Source: Phoronis australis
Lineage: Eukaryota; Animalia; Phoronida
DNA: 64,000 nucleotides
Direction of reading: 5' to 3'
Assembly: GCA_002633005.1 (NCBI GenBank)
Contig: NMRA01000372.1
Coordinates: 273,058 to 337,057 of the forward strand
Part shown: in pieces, positions 51,301-62,356 of the stretch
Position numbering within the stretch: position 1 is the first letter of the stretch
Layout of the letters: the number at the start of each line of letters is the position of its first letter
Program-made: the position numbers and the translations under genes
The notes under the pieces: model-generated
Seen by the model: only the letters and a program-made list of their open reading frames with translations
The model's database searches: none
What the model was told of the DNA's origin: nothing

Positions 51301-54300
51301 AAAGTGACTGGGACTTCGGCGCAAGGACTGACAGGTTGTTAGCGGGTAATATTGGGGACCAACAGGTTCTACACGTTGGCTTATACCAGGTGAGTCCTAA
51401 AAACACCCAGCATGTCTTCATTCACTAACGACCTGCCAGTCCTTCCAAAGCCAAGAACTTACTTTCTAAGATAGTAAAGTACACAGTGAGAATGGTTGTA
51501 CAATGGTACGCCGTCGAAGTCAAAAGTAAGCTTTTATCAAGTGGAAGGTGGGTCAATGGCATCTTAGTTGACTACAATGGTGTCTGGGAATGCAGAGCTA
51601 CAATTTTCCAAGACCCATGTATGGTCTCAGCCGTTATGCCTTTTTATACTATTATGTCCATTTTGACCTATAGTACATGTATGTCCATTTGACCAAGCGT
51701 GTCCATTTTCACCTAATTTGTCCCTCATTTCAAGGATTCTGTACACGACGTGTGGAAGCAACTACCGCTACAAATGCCAAATGATGTCGTGTGGATGTCG
51801 CAAGCTATGGTTTACCTTGCGAGATCCATGCGTGGTTATCGCCCATGGGGCACTAGTACTATTGTTTTCTATTACTGCGTTTTGTTGGCTCTCGGATGCA
51901 GGTCGCACGGATATCGTATCTTGGGCGCACATCAGCCGGTTACTGATAAATGATTATCATTATCTTTATTATAAGAAAGAAAAACAAAGTGAACAATGGA
52001 TACGACTATCTACCGGTATCTATGCGACGAGCTTGCGACCGAGTTACACTTATTCTGGAAAATCGCTGGTCCTTAACTTATTAGGACAAAAAAGAAAGTG
52101 AAATGACCAGCTTTCTCTGGGGAAAGCACATATCCTTCCGGGCAGATGGCCAATACCATCAGCGTACTATACGCAAATTTCGTCTCAAAGATAAGATCAA
52201 TGGTGACCCCGGGCTCTAGTGGCCTCCTTCAAAATACCTCTAGAACCTTTCGGATTGATAACGCTCTTTTCTTTCGCATGAAACCCATTGTCATTTTCGC
52301 TCTACTTACCACTGGAGCGGATGTCGTGTTTAAAGTCACAGAGTAGCTTTTGCTTGAGACCACGCCAGCGGCATCAACTGTCAGGGAGAAACTGGTAGCG
52401 CCGCTAGACGGCAGTATAGCGAAGATGAATTCGGCCGTAATGGTATTGTCTCTAGCCTCGCCAAGGTTGTTCGGACAGAAACCTGAAGCAACAAAGTGCT
52501 TCAAGCTTACCGGAAAATATCTACATGTGTGTACCTCGATACACGAGAGACTAACATCGGCCCACACTAATGCAATACTTTGGCGAACCAAAGGAAATCA
52601 AATGATGAAAAAACGGCAACAATGTGGTGGTCAATGCATTTTGTGAAAAATATCTTCCAATCGTTTTCCAGTTCCTTTGAGCAGAAAGTTAAGCAACAAG
52701 TTGGAAGCCAAAATGAGTTCTCAAGAGAAGTAATGCGTTTAACTAAATACGTTAACAAGCGGGTGGCCTCTCAGTTTTGAAAATAACTACACTCTACAAC
52801 TACACCCAATTCACAATAAATCGGCAACTTATGTCACTGAAGAACTGCTATTCAATTATTCCATTTTGTTTCGGTGTCAGAAAGCTGTTTCTCGACACAT
52901 CATAGCAGCGTTTTCCAGTTCAGTGACTTTACCAGACGTAGGGGTGTACTGAGCTTGTGATAACATCTAGCTTCTTTGTTAACTTCCAAGCACAGTCTTT
53001 TGTCTGTTATGACAACAAGCAAGCCAATTATCTACCGGGCTTATTACAGACCATGTGAGAACACCATCAAACCCAGAGCGAATTCGTACATGTACATTCA
53101 GAAAGAATAGATTGTCGTAACTTCGGTTGCAGTTGGGCGATTTTGACAATTCAAAAACTAAACATGATCATCATTTGACGAAGATTTCAGAAATGATATT
53201 GGTTTATGTTGAAATATGTTATAACTTAACTTTATTTTTAACAGCACAGCCCAGTCAGGGTAGATAGGATCTTTACAGAGCAATTATCGAAAAAAAAGAG
53301 AACTGGCCCTCCAACCCTAAATGCAAGAATGGAGTTAATCAGTCGTGTAAGATATTGGCTACAGGGGTAAACTTCCTAACTTGTTGTTGGGCTATAGAAT
53401 CGAACAAGTTGGGAACAACGGAAAACGCCGTAATGTTCCTTTCTCGTTCTCTTACCTATATTCGTCAAACCATTAACTTTCAAGTCTGAAGCGCTCAATC
53501 TCTGCGAATCTCCGCTGTATTGCGTGACAGCGTTTGGAGATAAGCAAGCGATGTGGCTGCCTCGTTCTTTAATGTTGGTACGACACACCGCTAATGACGC
53601 AGAAGCCGATGAGAACTTCCAATTGCCCACAGAATTGAGAGGAATGAGCGAATCAGCACTAACAGCGATCGGCTCTCCGTACCTGTACGTGTTGTTTGAG
53701 CTAACAATTGACGAAAAGCTTACAGTAGGCAGCGACACCTAGAGGAGCGAAACCAAAGTGCATTTAAAATACTGCCTTAGGCAACAAAATTAACATTAGA
53801 CCTATGGAAAGAAGAATTCTCCTCTGTAAAGTGTGTAGTATTACATTCTACTTAACAATATGAGTCCACCAATATTTTGGTAACGTAAAATCGTATGTTT
53901 TCATGTACATCTAAATCAATAAGGGACAATATAACCGGCCGCATGTGTCCGAGCGGTCCGTATGCTTTACAGAGAAGGGTTTCGGTTTCTCAGGCCCATA
54001 GCCAGACTGGTCCCCAAGGAGTAATTCAAACTCAATTCAAGACATTCACAAGTTTCTTCAAATATATGCTCTGGACGTATTTCCAAAAATTGATTGGCAA
54101 CTGAAATTATATTTTCAAAATGTTGAAGTTGCTGTTTTCCTCAGCAAGACACTTAATCATTACGTCTCTGGTTTTAAAATTTTGATTTTGGGAAAAGCTC
54201 ATTAACGCAGGCCTTTGATTACCATCTCATGATTTTCAACGATAATCATAAAAGGCATATTTAATTTATTTCACGCTCACCGATAAATAGCCGGGTTCAC

Positions 54301-57300
54301 TTCCTGTATAATTCAGAGTATGTGAAGACACCCAACAGGTCTTTTGGTTGAAACAGAACGAAACAGAGTTCATCAGTTCAGTGGCGTTGACCAGTTCCTT
54401 GTTGTCGGTGCTGCTAACTACAATCCGATAAGCTATTCGGTTGTCTAGAGGGCGCTCAGGCCAAGCTGTCTTTCCGATGTTAGATACTGCCCCAAATTCA
54501 ACTGTGGCGCGGTTGTAGTCAATAGAGTTTGGATCTGCAGACAAAAAACGGACGTATTGCGTTTTGTCATGCAAAGAAAGAATTCTCCATGATCTCATGT
54601 ATGTCTTACTACTTTGTGAATCGTCACGGGGTTGTACCCCAAATGACATAGTGCTGGGTATGGTAGTTGTGTTGATGGTGACCACAGCGGTAGTCGTGGT
54701 GGTGATGATAGTGATGTTGCATGTTCGCACCCAGCCTAACAAATGGGGCGCTCGATTTATTGGGGGTGTGGACCTTTTACTAAAATACTAAAAAGGTACT
54801 GTCAGAGCTGTGAATTGTGCGAAATTTGATAGTTCCTGCCTTTTTAGTGGACTTTTGGCTCACTTTTTCGGACTTTTTGTTTCGCTGAGGCGGCCCTATT
54901 TGCCCACTTCGCCACTGGGTGGGATTGTTCGAGCCCCCGAGCCCCCAGCACCCCCAGCACATGTGGTGGTGGTGGCGGTGGTGGTGATGGTGGTGCTATG
55001 GTGGTGATGGTGATAGAATTTGTATTGGCGATGGTGTCGATCGTAGTGACGGAGGAAGCGGTGGAGACGGTGGTGGTGAGGGTGACATTGATGAGGAGGG
55101 TTGCGACGATGGTGTTGGTAGTTGTGGAAGCGGAATTGTTCTTGTATGTCTTGAAGTACTGGCAGTAGTAGCAATAGTCGTAGTACCGGCAGTAACAACA
55201 TCTACACCTCAAAAATAATTCCATCTTGAGCATTTCTTACAAAAGAAATTTGATCTTGTTTTTCATCCCGTTGTTTTCCTATCGATGAGTCATTCTTTTT
55301 TCTAGATGTCGCAGAGCTCAAATAATAACAAATCGGTAAAATATCCAAAATCAAGTTCTACAGGTTTCTTAGGGTCAATATTGCTCCGCAGCAGCCAGGA
55401 CTATTTTCTGTTGCACAGCTTGATATGTACTCTCGGTACAATTTCCGATTTTCAGGTGTGCAATTGTAAAGAAGATTGCCAACAGACATTACAAACAAAC
55501 AAATTAATCTGTGTAGTTCGGTATCAGCTCTCTATTAACACAAACAGTGCAGCGGTCGTGGACAACGAGGAGTAAACGTCTGAGCCCAGTTAATGTTACA
55601 CAAATGTTGAAATGAAATTCATTATTTTGTCTACAAAGAAACATTGACTACAAGTAGCTCACGTAATCTGTTTTGGTCAACATTCAAACTTGAAAAGTCT
55701 CAGTAGCCAAATGCATTTTAATATCTACTCGACATGTGTTTTGGGCAAGTCATCTGACAAGTGTGGGGAGAGTGTTGACGTTGACCTACATTTGTACACG
55801 TTCCGCTTTGTGAAACAAGGGATGCGCATTAATTGACTTTAAGGATGAGTACTAATCAAACAATAGCATGTGAGAGGATGCGAATTTGAGTGAAATCATC
55901 AGTTGAGAATCGGACTTTAAGTAATAATCAATTACTGCACTACACAAAATGTTAACAAGTTTGTCAGATCAATTTCATTGCGGCGATGGTGCCCCACTTA
56001 CCGTAATCATTGAAGTACTTTATGTCTCCTTTATCAAAGTAAATATTGACGCCATTAGTGATCTGTGTTATAGAGCAAATCTTCAAAAGTGTTGCATTGG
56101 TCGAATTTGAAGTTGGCGTTAGGAACTCCAGTGTCGCGTGCGTCAATTGTTGACCACTCGACAGGTCTATTTCCACAACGTAAACACCAGACGATCCTTC
56201 GTAGATACTATTAGTCGCCATTTTGTAGATCAACTTGGCGGGGACTTCCTGAAAGCACGATGCAGACGATACAGATTTTTAACGCATGCTTATATTTGCC
56301 AAATAGGGAACTTCTCACATTGGAGCCATCGAGTAATGATAGCACAAAAGTGACTTCGGCTTGGCCCGACTCAGACTTGGGTGGACAGAAACTCTATCAC
56401 TACATATTGACTCATTAATTTAAAAACAGAGATTTAATCCCATGATCAGCTCCTCCTATTGTTTAAGTGAAATGCAATAATTAATTTTAACTTTTTGGCA
56501 TTAGCTGGAATCGAAATTCTCCCGCTTTATTAGCCGTAGCCACTGATTTGGCTCATATTCTTCTTTGCAATGCGTGGAAATGTATGAATCGTGGTGTTCT
56601 TGATCATTCAAGACGTCTCCCTTTTTCCGTAAGCCATTAGTACATGTACACCCCATCGAACAACGGTGGAAATTTGCCGGCATAATGATCACAGGAAAGG
56701 TACGTGTTAAAACACTGTTTAAACCACCTGGTTGAAGCCTCACGTCCGGGATCTGTAGATGGCGCTGAACGCCTGATCATCAAAGACCTGATCGCAGTCG
56801 GAATGACAATTCTCAGTATGGCGCGGCTATTCCAATAATCAGCTATTGAAGTCATATAGAGCGATACGTGTACTTCAGGTGGACAAATATGAGAAAGAAG
56901 CCCGAATTGAATATAGCATCTGTGAGCCCCCTCGGATACTGGTACGCGATTTACCATTGAAAATAAGAACGGTTAGTATAGAGGGAAGCAAAAGTTTTTA
57001 ATGATACCTTTAGAAGAATCCCTAGAAGACACTTTTTGTTTAAATCACCTTAATACCTTTGTCGTGCATTCATTATTCATGGATCAATAAAAGGTAACGT
57101 AAATGTCCCAACAAGAGGACCAGACCTTAGTTGTGACATCACTTCCGGTGAAGAAACACAAGACCTATACAGTTCGTGTTCTTAATCGAGTAAGACATTG
57201 CGTTTCATCATTGTACGTGAATGTAGAAGCAAGAACAAGTTGTTTTATCGGGCCGTCCACGTAACTTCCTGCTGATCCATGGTTAACAACCACTAGGTTG

Positions 57301-60300
57301 AAGAATCGCACTGAGCAAGGGATTGATTTTTTTTCTAAAAAATAACTAAGGAACTGCGTTTTGTATCACAATGCACATCTCGCCTTATTTCATTTTACAA
57401 TAACATTTTACAAGGATCACAAAATCATATCAAGATATTCGACGCTTGCCCCATCTTTGAACCTACAGTAGATGTCCAACGGATATAGTCATATTACCAA
57501 AATACATGTACTAGCTCAACATAACTTTAAGATTAATATAGTAAAATATTAACCTTGTTCGACCTGCAAGGTAAATGTCAAGTTTGAAAAGTACCAGAAA
57601 CACCTCTTTCGTCAACCGTTTGGTTTACAGAGTGGGTCTTTGCAACTATAGAGATGATCTCCACGTGTCCCTTAATCAAACAAGAAGCGATTTCTGGGTT
57701 TGAGAAAAAATGACAGTTCTTTTTGTTTCAGACCGTGCGGCAAGATTTTTCGAGGAGAGCGCGATCACGCGAGACTTCGCAAGATGTCACTATAGTATGC
57801 AAACGCAGCACGTCATCGCACTAGCTTTACTCTCAAGTTTCTTTCTTTTACGGCTAGTAATCAAAATAAAGGTTAAATTTATGGGCAGTTTAATATTTAA
57901 TCCTTTACTCAGAGCTTACATGTATGGTTTCCATCCGCGGTTTTCATGTCCCGAAAAGAAAAGTGGAAAATACACCCTGGTTGGATATAATCTGATAAGA
58001 AACTGTAATTACCCTCACTACAGTCCTGTTGAACAGAGTAACTCCTTCCATGACTAGCCAACTAGTGCGAATGAAATGTGGATAAAACTGGTTGGGATCG
58101 CCTGGTGTCACTGGAGTAAATCAAAAAAATTCTCCAAATCGATCCTTATCTCGTTTAAAGGGAGTGTTTACAGCATGTCAGTACTTGATGAGTGACGGTA
58201 ACGTCACTGAGTACTACTAAGGCCTGTATAATTTGATAATTGAAACAATCAATAAAACATTACCGTATTATTGCTTAGCGTATCCGCGTCAGTAACGTTG
58301 GTGTATTGTCGTGCTACCCATATCATATTGGTCGAATAATATACACCAATCGTCGTCCACAGTTGGTCGGCAACAGAGACCGACGTGTTAGGCATCAACC
58401 TTGAGCACACCCTGATAGTTATTCGGTTGTCCTCGGCGGCATTATGTGTCTGCATGTTGAAGATACGACCAAAATCGAGGACCACGTAGTCATTGAACTT
58501 TCCTCCAGTTGCCTGCAATTGCACGTGGAAAGATGCAAAACGGTGAATCGAACTTTATACTGTATTGTTATATGTAGTTCATTTTAGTTTATCCACAAAT
58601 GGCCATGTGTGTCATGCTGAGTTCTTCCGAAGATTTATTTTAGTGCGGCATGCAACTGTACCCAACTAAGTTTTCCAAAAGTTTGTTACTCAAGTTACTC
58701 TTCTATATATGTTCTGGCGGCAATCGTATGCAAATTACATGAAATTTCATTGTTTTTGCTTTCAACCCATTGCTAGTCTAGTTATGATAAGCATTAAAAT
58801 ATATTTCATTTAATTAAACCTGGATACTGCACATAAATGTATAGGATCAGTGTTTCGTATTGTGCCACCCCATGTCGCCATCATTGTGAGGTACGGAAAA
58901 CATTGTGAAATTCGTGCATGATCACAGCGAAAATATCGTAAAAATTCAAGTGTCTGAATGATGTCTAGCCATGTAACTGTGTGTTTTATGTAAACCTCAA
59001 AATTTATCTACGTATTACATTTCTTATAAAAACACGGGATAGGATATTTCGTGAGAACTACGTAACTTTTTATTTAATAAAATATTTCGTCAAGTGACCA
59101 AACGAAATGGAAGTGAGACATTGTCAATTCCCACACACCCTAAGTTGGGGAAATGCATAAAAAGAAATCGCAACGGATAATGAGGAATAAAAACATTATC
59201 CGCGAGTATATTTATGGAAGAGGAATTGTTGCGTAATACGATAGGTGTCCGTTCAAGTCCTTTGGTTCGATTCGCACTGAAAAACACTGATGAATCCTTG
59301 AAATAGGTCTCTGACTCCTGGCCTATATATTAAAAAGGCATAAACCTAGATCCAAGTGATTAGAACAATTTGAACGCCTCAGTAGCCTGCGCACGTCTGG
59401 TAAAACGTGTACTAGACCGCTTGCAGTCATGTGTTTTCGATTTTTTGAATCAACAAGGAAAAGTTAAGACGTGACGACAGCGGTTTGGAAGTAAGAAACA
59501 AACTTTATTCAGCGTATCCATCATGTCTTTACCAGAAGCGGATCCAGGATTTTGAGTTGAGGGGCAGGGAAGAGGATTAACCAGGATTTTGCCGTCAGAC
59601 ATTAGCTCCCCCGAACTCTCAAATGGAATCTGGGGAAATTTTAGATCCCCTTGCACCCCCTCCCCTAAATTCGACACTGTTCATTGAAGTTCTTGGCGAA
59701 CCATACATTCGAAAAGTCTTCCTCTACGTGAAAACCTACATGTACATGTACAGGATGTAACCATAGAATTTGCTACATGTTTTTCAGAGACTAATTCCTG
59801 TCTATCGCTGATGTGACGTGTTTCAGTGCAATTTTGAGAGTAATACATTTACTTTTCTTTGTAGCGACGAGTTCAAAATTTAAATAGAAATTGTCATCAA
59901 AAATGAGATGTAACCTCCTCATATTTCAACGAGAATCTAATCCCTCCGTGCCTGTTTGTAATTACCCCCGGCGGATTGCCACTATTCGTGACTGAGGTGT
60001 GAAGATTCTCGTTCATTCAGGGATCCAGCACGATGTACTGTAACAACGACTTTTTAGTGACGTCGCACTAGCACCATAAAAAGGGGCTCGTCATGTGTCG
60101 GTGACCCAAAATTTTGTAAACACCAGAATACAAAACATGAAACATTGAGAAAATCTTATGATAAAATAGAACTGTACCGACCCCCTTAGAGGTGCATCAA
60201 CTAATGCAAAACATTGAGCAAACCATGAATCACTTCAACCTGTCTAGAATGGCAGAGTCGAACTGAGTCAAGACAGGCCTATGCCACGCAACTTACCACT

Positions 60301-62356
60301 GTTGAATACACTGGACTAACTTCCAGTTGGTCGAAACACTGGAGGTTTCGCCCAACGTGCATATATTTTATTCCGCAAAACGACATGACGTCTGTTCTGT
60401 TGAACGGGAAAGCCAATTCCAACCTGTAGGTATGCTGGGTCGTTCCAGGGATGGTCATGTTCAGGAAGTGCCCTATGGCGGCTCCTGGAAGGACTTCAGA
60501 AGCAGAGGACTCGAGAGTGAAGACAGGTGACTCGTCCTGAAAAATGTTGTTTGTATTGGCATTTTGTTTAATGTGATAAAGGTAATTCGGCGCAGGCTAG
60601 AGGAGGACGCCCTTCCCTTGTTTGGAATAGCTGAACGACGAAAGGACTAAACCGGAGGAGTTTAGGGCCTTATCCTGTTTTACTCATTAGTCTGAAATGC
60701 ATTACATTATAATCGATTCTTTCTTGCACTTGAAGAAACACATACAAATCATGAAGAAACGCACGCCATTTTTGCTCTGTTAAAACAAACTCAGTTCTAC
60801 TGCTCCTATGTTTTGCTTCGAATTCTAGAATTTTCGATAGCAGTTAACCAAAACTATCAATAAATTCGAGTTTCAAGCACTGGGAATGTGTAGATTACTT
60901 TCCACTTTTCATTTTTAAAAAAGCATCAAAATCTTTTGCAAAATCAGCGTGCTCTTTTCACAGACGTTGTTTTAGGCCACACTAAGTTCCATTAAGGAAC
61001 GTCTTAATTTCGAGATAGCGTGATTGATCACTGAGAGGTAAAATTAACGTACGGTAGCAGACGTTCCGATCTGGTCCGCCATACAAAGGCTTGGCAGACT
61101 AGGCCGAAACGTCTGCTACCATCCGTCACAATTAGTTTCTCAGTAATCAAGTGATTTCGATATATGTACCTACTAAGAAGAGAAATACCAAAACGGTTGT
61201 ACATTCTTTTCCAAGTATACACTGTCCGATGTGTGGAATGATTACATTGGTTAACATGATATTACACGGCTACATATATATATGTAAATGTACATGTACA
61301 TTGTATGATGACTATACTGTGGGAACTCATAGAAGGAGTGCACCAGTGTTTTAGTAAACTATTGGGAAACGAACTTAAAGCTTAATGTAGATCTTCTTCG
61401 GAAATTAAAAAAAAAATAAAAAGCTGTGCAAAATAGTTGAAAACATACCAGTGGATTAGACGAATTATCGGCAGGTGTTATAATGAAATCTTCTTGTCCC
61501 GACCATATTTTGTTTTCGTTTATCATGACCGACACGCCCAGCCAATAGTTGCCAATCGCAGTTGTGGTATTCATTACAAAGACCGAGAAGTCCAGAATCA
61601 CATAGCTGGTATTGGAATTGTCCTTGTTGGTGCGAAAGTCTAGAAAAAGTAAGCGGTGGTGAGCGTGAAAAATGTCACCTGCGCTACCGGTACAGCGACC
61701 ATTTACCAGTACAATTATCTCACTGTTACTGCCACTGAACTACTACACAGTACAGCTACCGCCTTACCACTATTTTAAAAGATACTGCTACCGCAAAAAC
61801 TTTCTATGAAAGACTTGATGATTGTACCAATAGCAGAAGCATCACGATAACAGCAATTCCAGGGAATGTAATTATAAATCAAACAAATATTGATTTATCT
61901 ACATGCGAATGATGTTTGAAATTGCAACGGCAAACCAGACGCGCTGTGTGCGAAACAGTAATATCGTGTTCTGGTGGTAATTTGTTTACTATGTGTGGGA
62001 AAAATTGCATTACAGACTACTTATCACCTGTGTGACTTTTAAACTATCAAACTTGCTACGAATTGGTAAACACGTTACCCCCGCGCACAAGACCTCCGTA
62101 CTTAATTCGAGATTCCACTTAAAAACTGACCAGTTAAATTTTAAACTTTCATTTGGAATGATTGAATAACATTCGAAGTCCCACCGGAGTGAAATGTTAT
62201 GGTCTTGTGCGCAGGTGGTTCGGTTCCAAGAGTATTTCTTCGACTACTCACCTGGGTTAATTATGTTCTCCAGTTTTAATGACGCTGTGCCTGTGTCGTC
62301 ATTTATGCGGCTAAATTGGATAATGTCATCATTTTTCAAATACGAAAAAGCCGATC
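30381..62356 (-). CDS. Large uncharacterised, probably extracellular protein: tandem beta-rich modules + F5/8 type C (discoidin) domain + C-terminal domain; 5'-partial (>=1430 codons, 22 exons)
   Basis: Exons 5'->3': 62356-62252, 61639-61449, 60536-60297, 58512-58264, 56248-56002, 54534-54281, 53738-53456, 52482-52310, 51045-50692, 50018-49878, 49393-49087, 44849-44588, 43698-43512, 43139-42902, 42116-41953, 39094-38948, 36018-35820, 34455-34338, 33868-33813, 32636-32464, 31188-31068, 30463-30381 (TAG). Phases chain with no stop. The motif C...G.N..C...G.I.N...DN.I recurs. Discoidin hallmarks DCQIDVSS, EYIELCMG..ITAVLLQG..YVHKFKL, ARCVRIIP..IKVELYG. Many N-x-S/T sequons. Confidence 0.85.
33170..33380. 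repeat. Degenerate minisatellite (tacccacttggtact-like units)
   Basis: Repeated tacccacttggtac / tacccatttggtat / tacccatttagtac and cccagttgg motifs. Confidence 0.65.
38300..38520 (-). pseudogene. THAP-domain remnant of a DNA transposon
   Basis: Minus-strand peptide GGHKFPKDLRLLQAWRLAVKR with a degenerate PYYC start upstream; frameshifted. Confidence 0.55.
39144..39570. mobile_element. MITE family A copy
   Basis: TIR cggttgcatgaaacagccccaaat / aattgggactgtttcatacaaccg; internal similarity to 1117-1484. Confidence 0.75.
40230..40945 (-). mobile_element. Inverted fragment of the Helentron/DINE-like core repeat
   Basis: Reverse complement of units at 22375-27370 (ctgccactaggaggcgcca, gccaattttcacaatcatcct, acacttgctaaattta). 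Confidence 0.7.
45700..48585 (-). mobile_element. Decayed Academ-like DNA transposon in an intron of the (-) strand gene
   Basis: ~400-bp TIRs with TAGTCAGGTT...AACCTGACTA termini and repeated ccatcttgg/aaaatggcg motifs. Broken (-) transposase fragments: IILVFDTHKDNSLK, KALPTFHAFT, RPPTIGALKQH..R...Q and a C-terminal Cys cluster PEAIIEMVRCQCK..RCSC...TDLC. Confidence 0.8.
46867..47009. mobile_element. CATG-ended MITE nested in the Academ-like element
   Basis: TIR CATGGACGGCGCA / TGCGCCGCCCATG; flanks TATAT/CATAT. A solo end of the same family lies at ~29009-29040. Confidence 0.7.
49632..49843. mobile_element. hAT-type mini-MITE (degenerate)
   Basis: CAGTAGCGGAT / ATCCGCCATTG inverted ends; TSD not preserved. 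Confidence 0.5.
54655..55200. repeat. (GTG/GAT)n low-complexity tract interrupted by a family B MITE (54720-54963)
   Basis: ggtggtgatg-type triplets; the MITE runs CATGTTCGCACCCAG...CACATG with TGTTG/TGGTG flanks. Confidence 0.7.
56501..56840 (-). pseudogene. Possible THAP-like transposon remnant
   Basis: MPANFHRCSMGCTCTNG...QWLRLIKREN resembles a decayed THAP N-terminus. Confidence 0.3.
61053..61120. repeat. 68-bp intronic inverted repeat (hairpin)
   Basis: 29-bp arms GGTAGCAGACGTTCCGATCTGGTCCGCCA / TGGCAGACTAGGCCGAAACGTCTGCTACC with a 10-nt loop. Confidence 0.75.

Noticed and set aside
54844-55233. Thr/Pro/His-rich ORFs suggesting a mucin or His-rich protein
   Set aside because: They arise from an intronic triplet low-complexity tract plus a MITE; no splice support.
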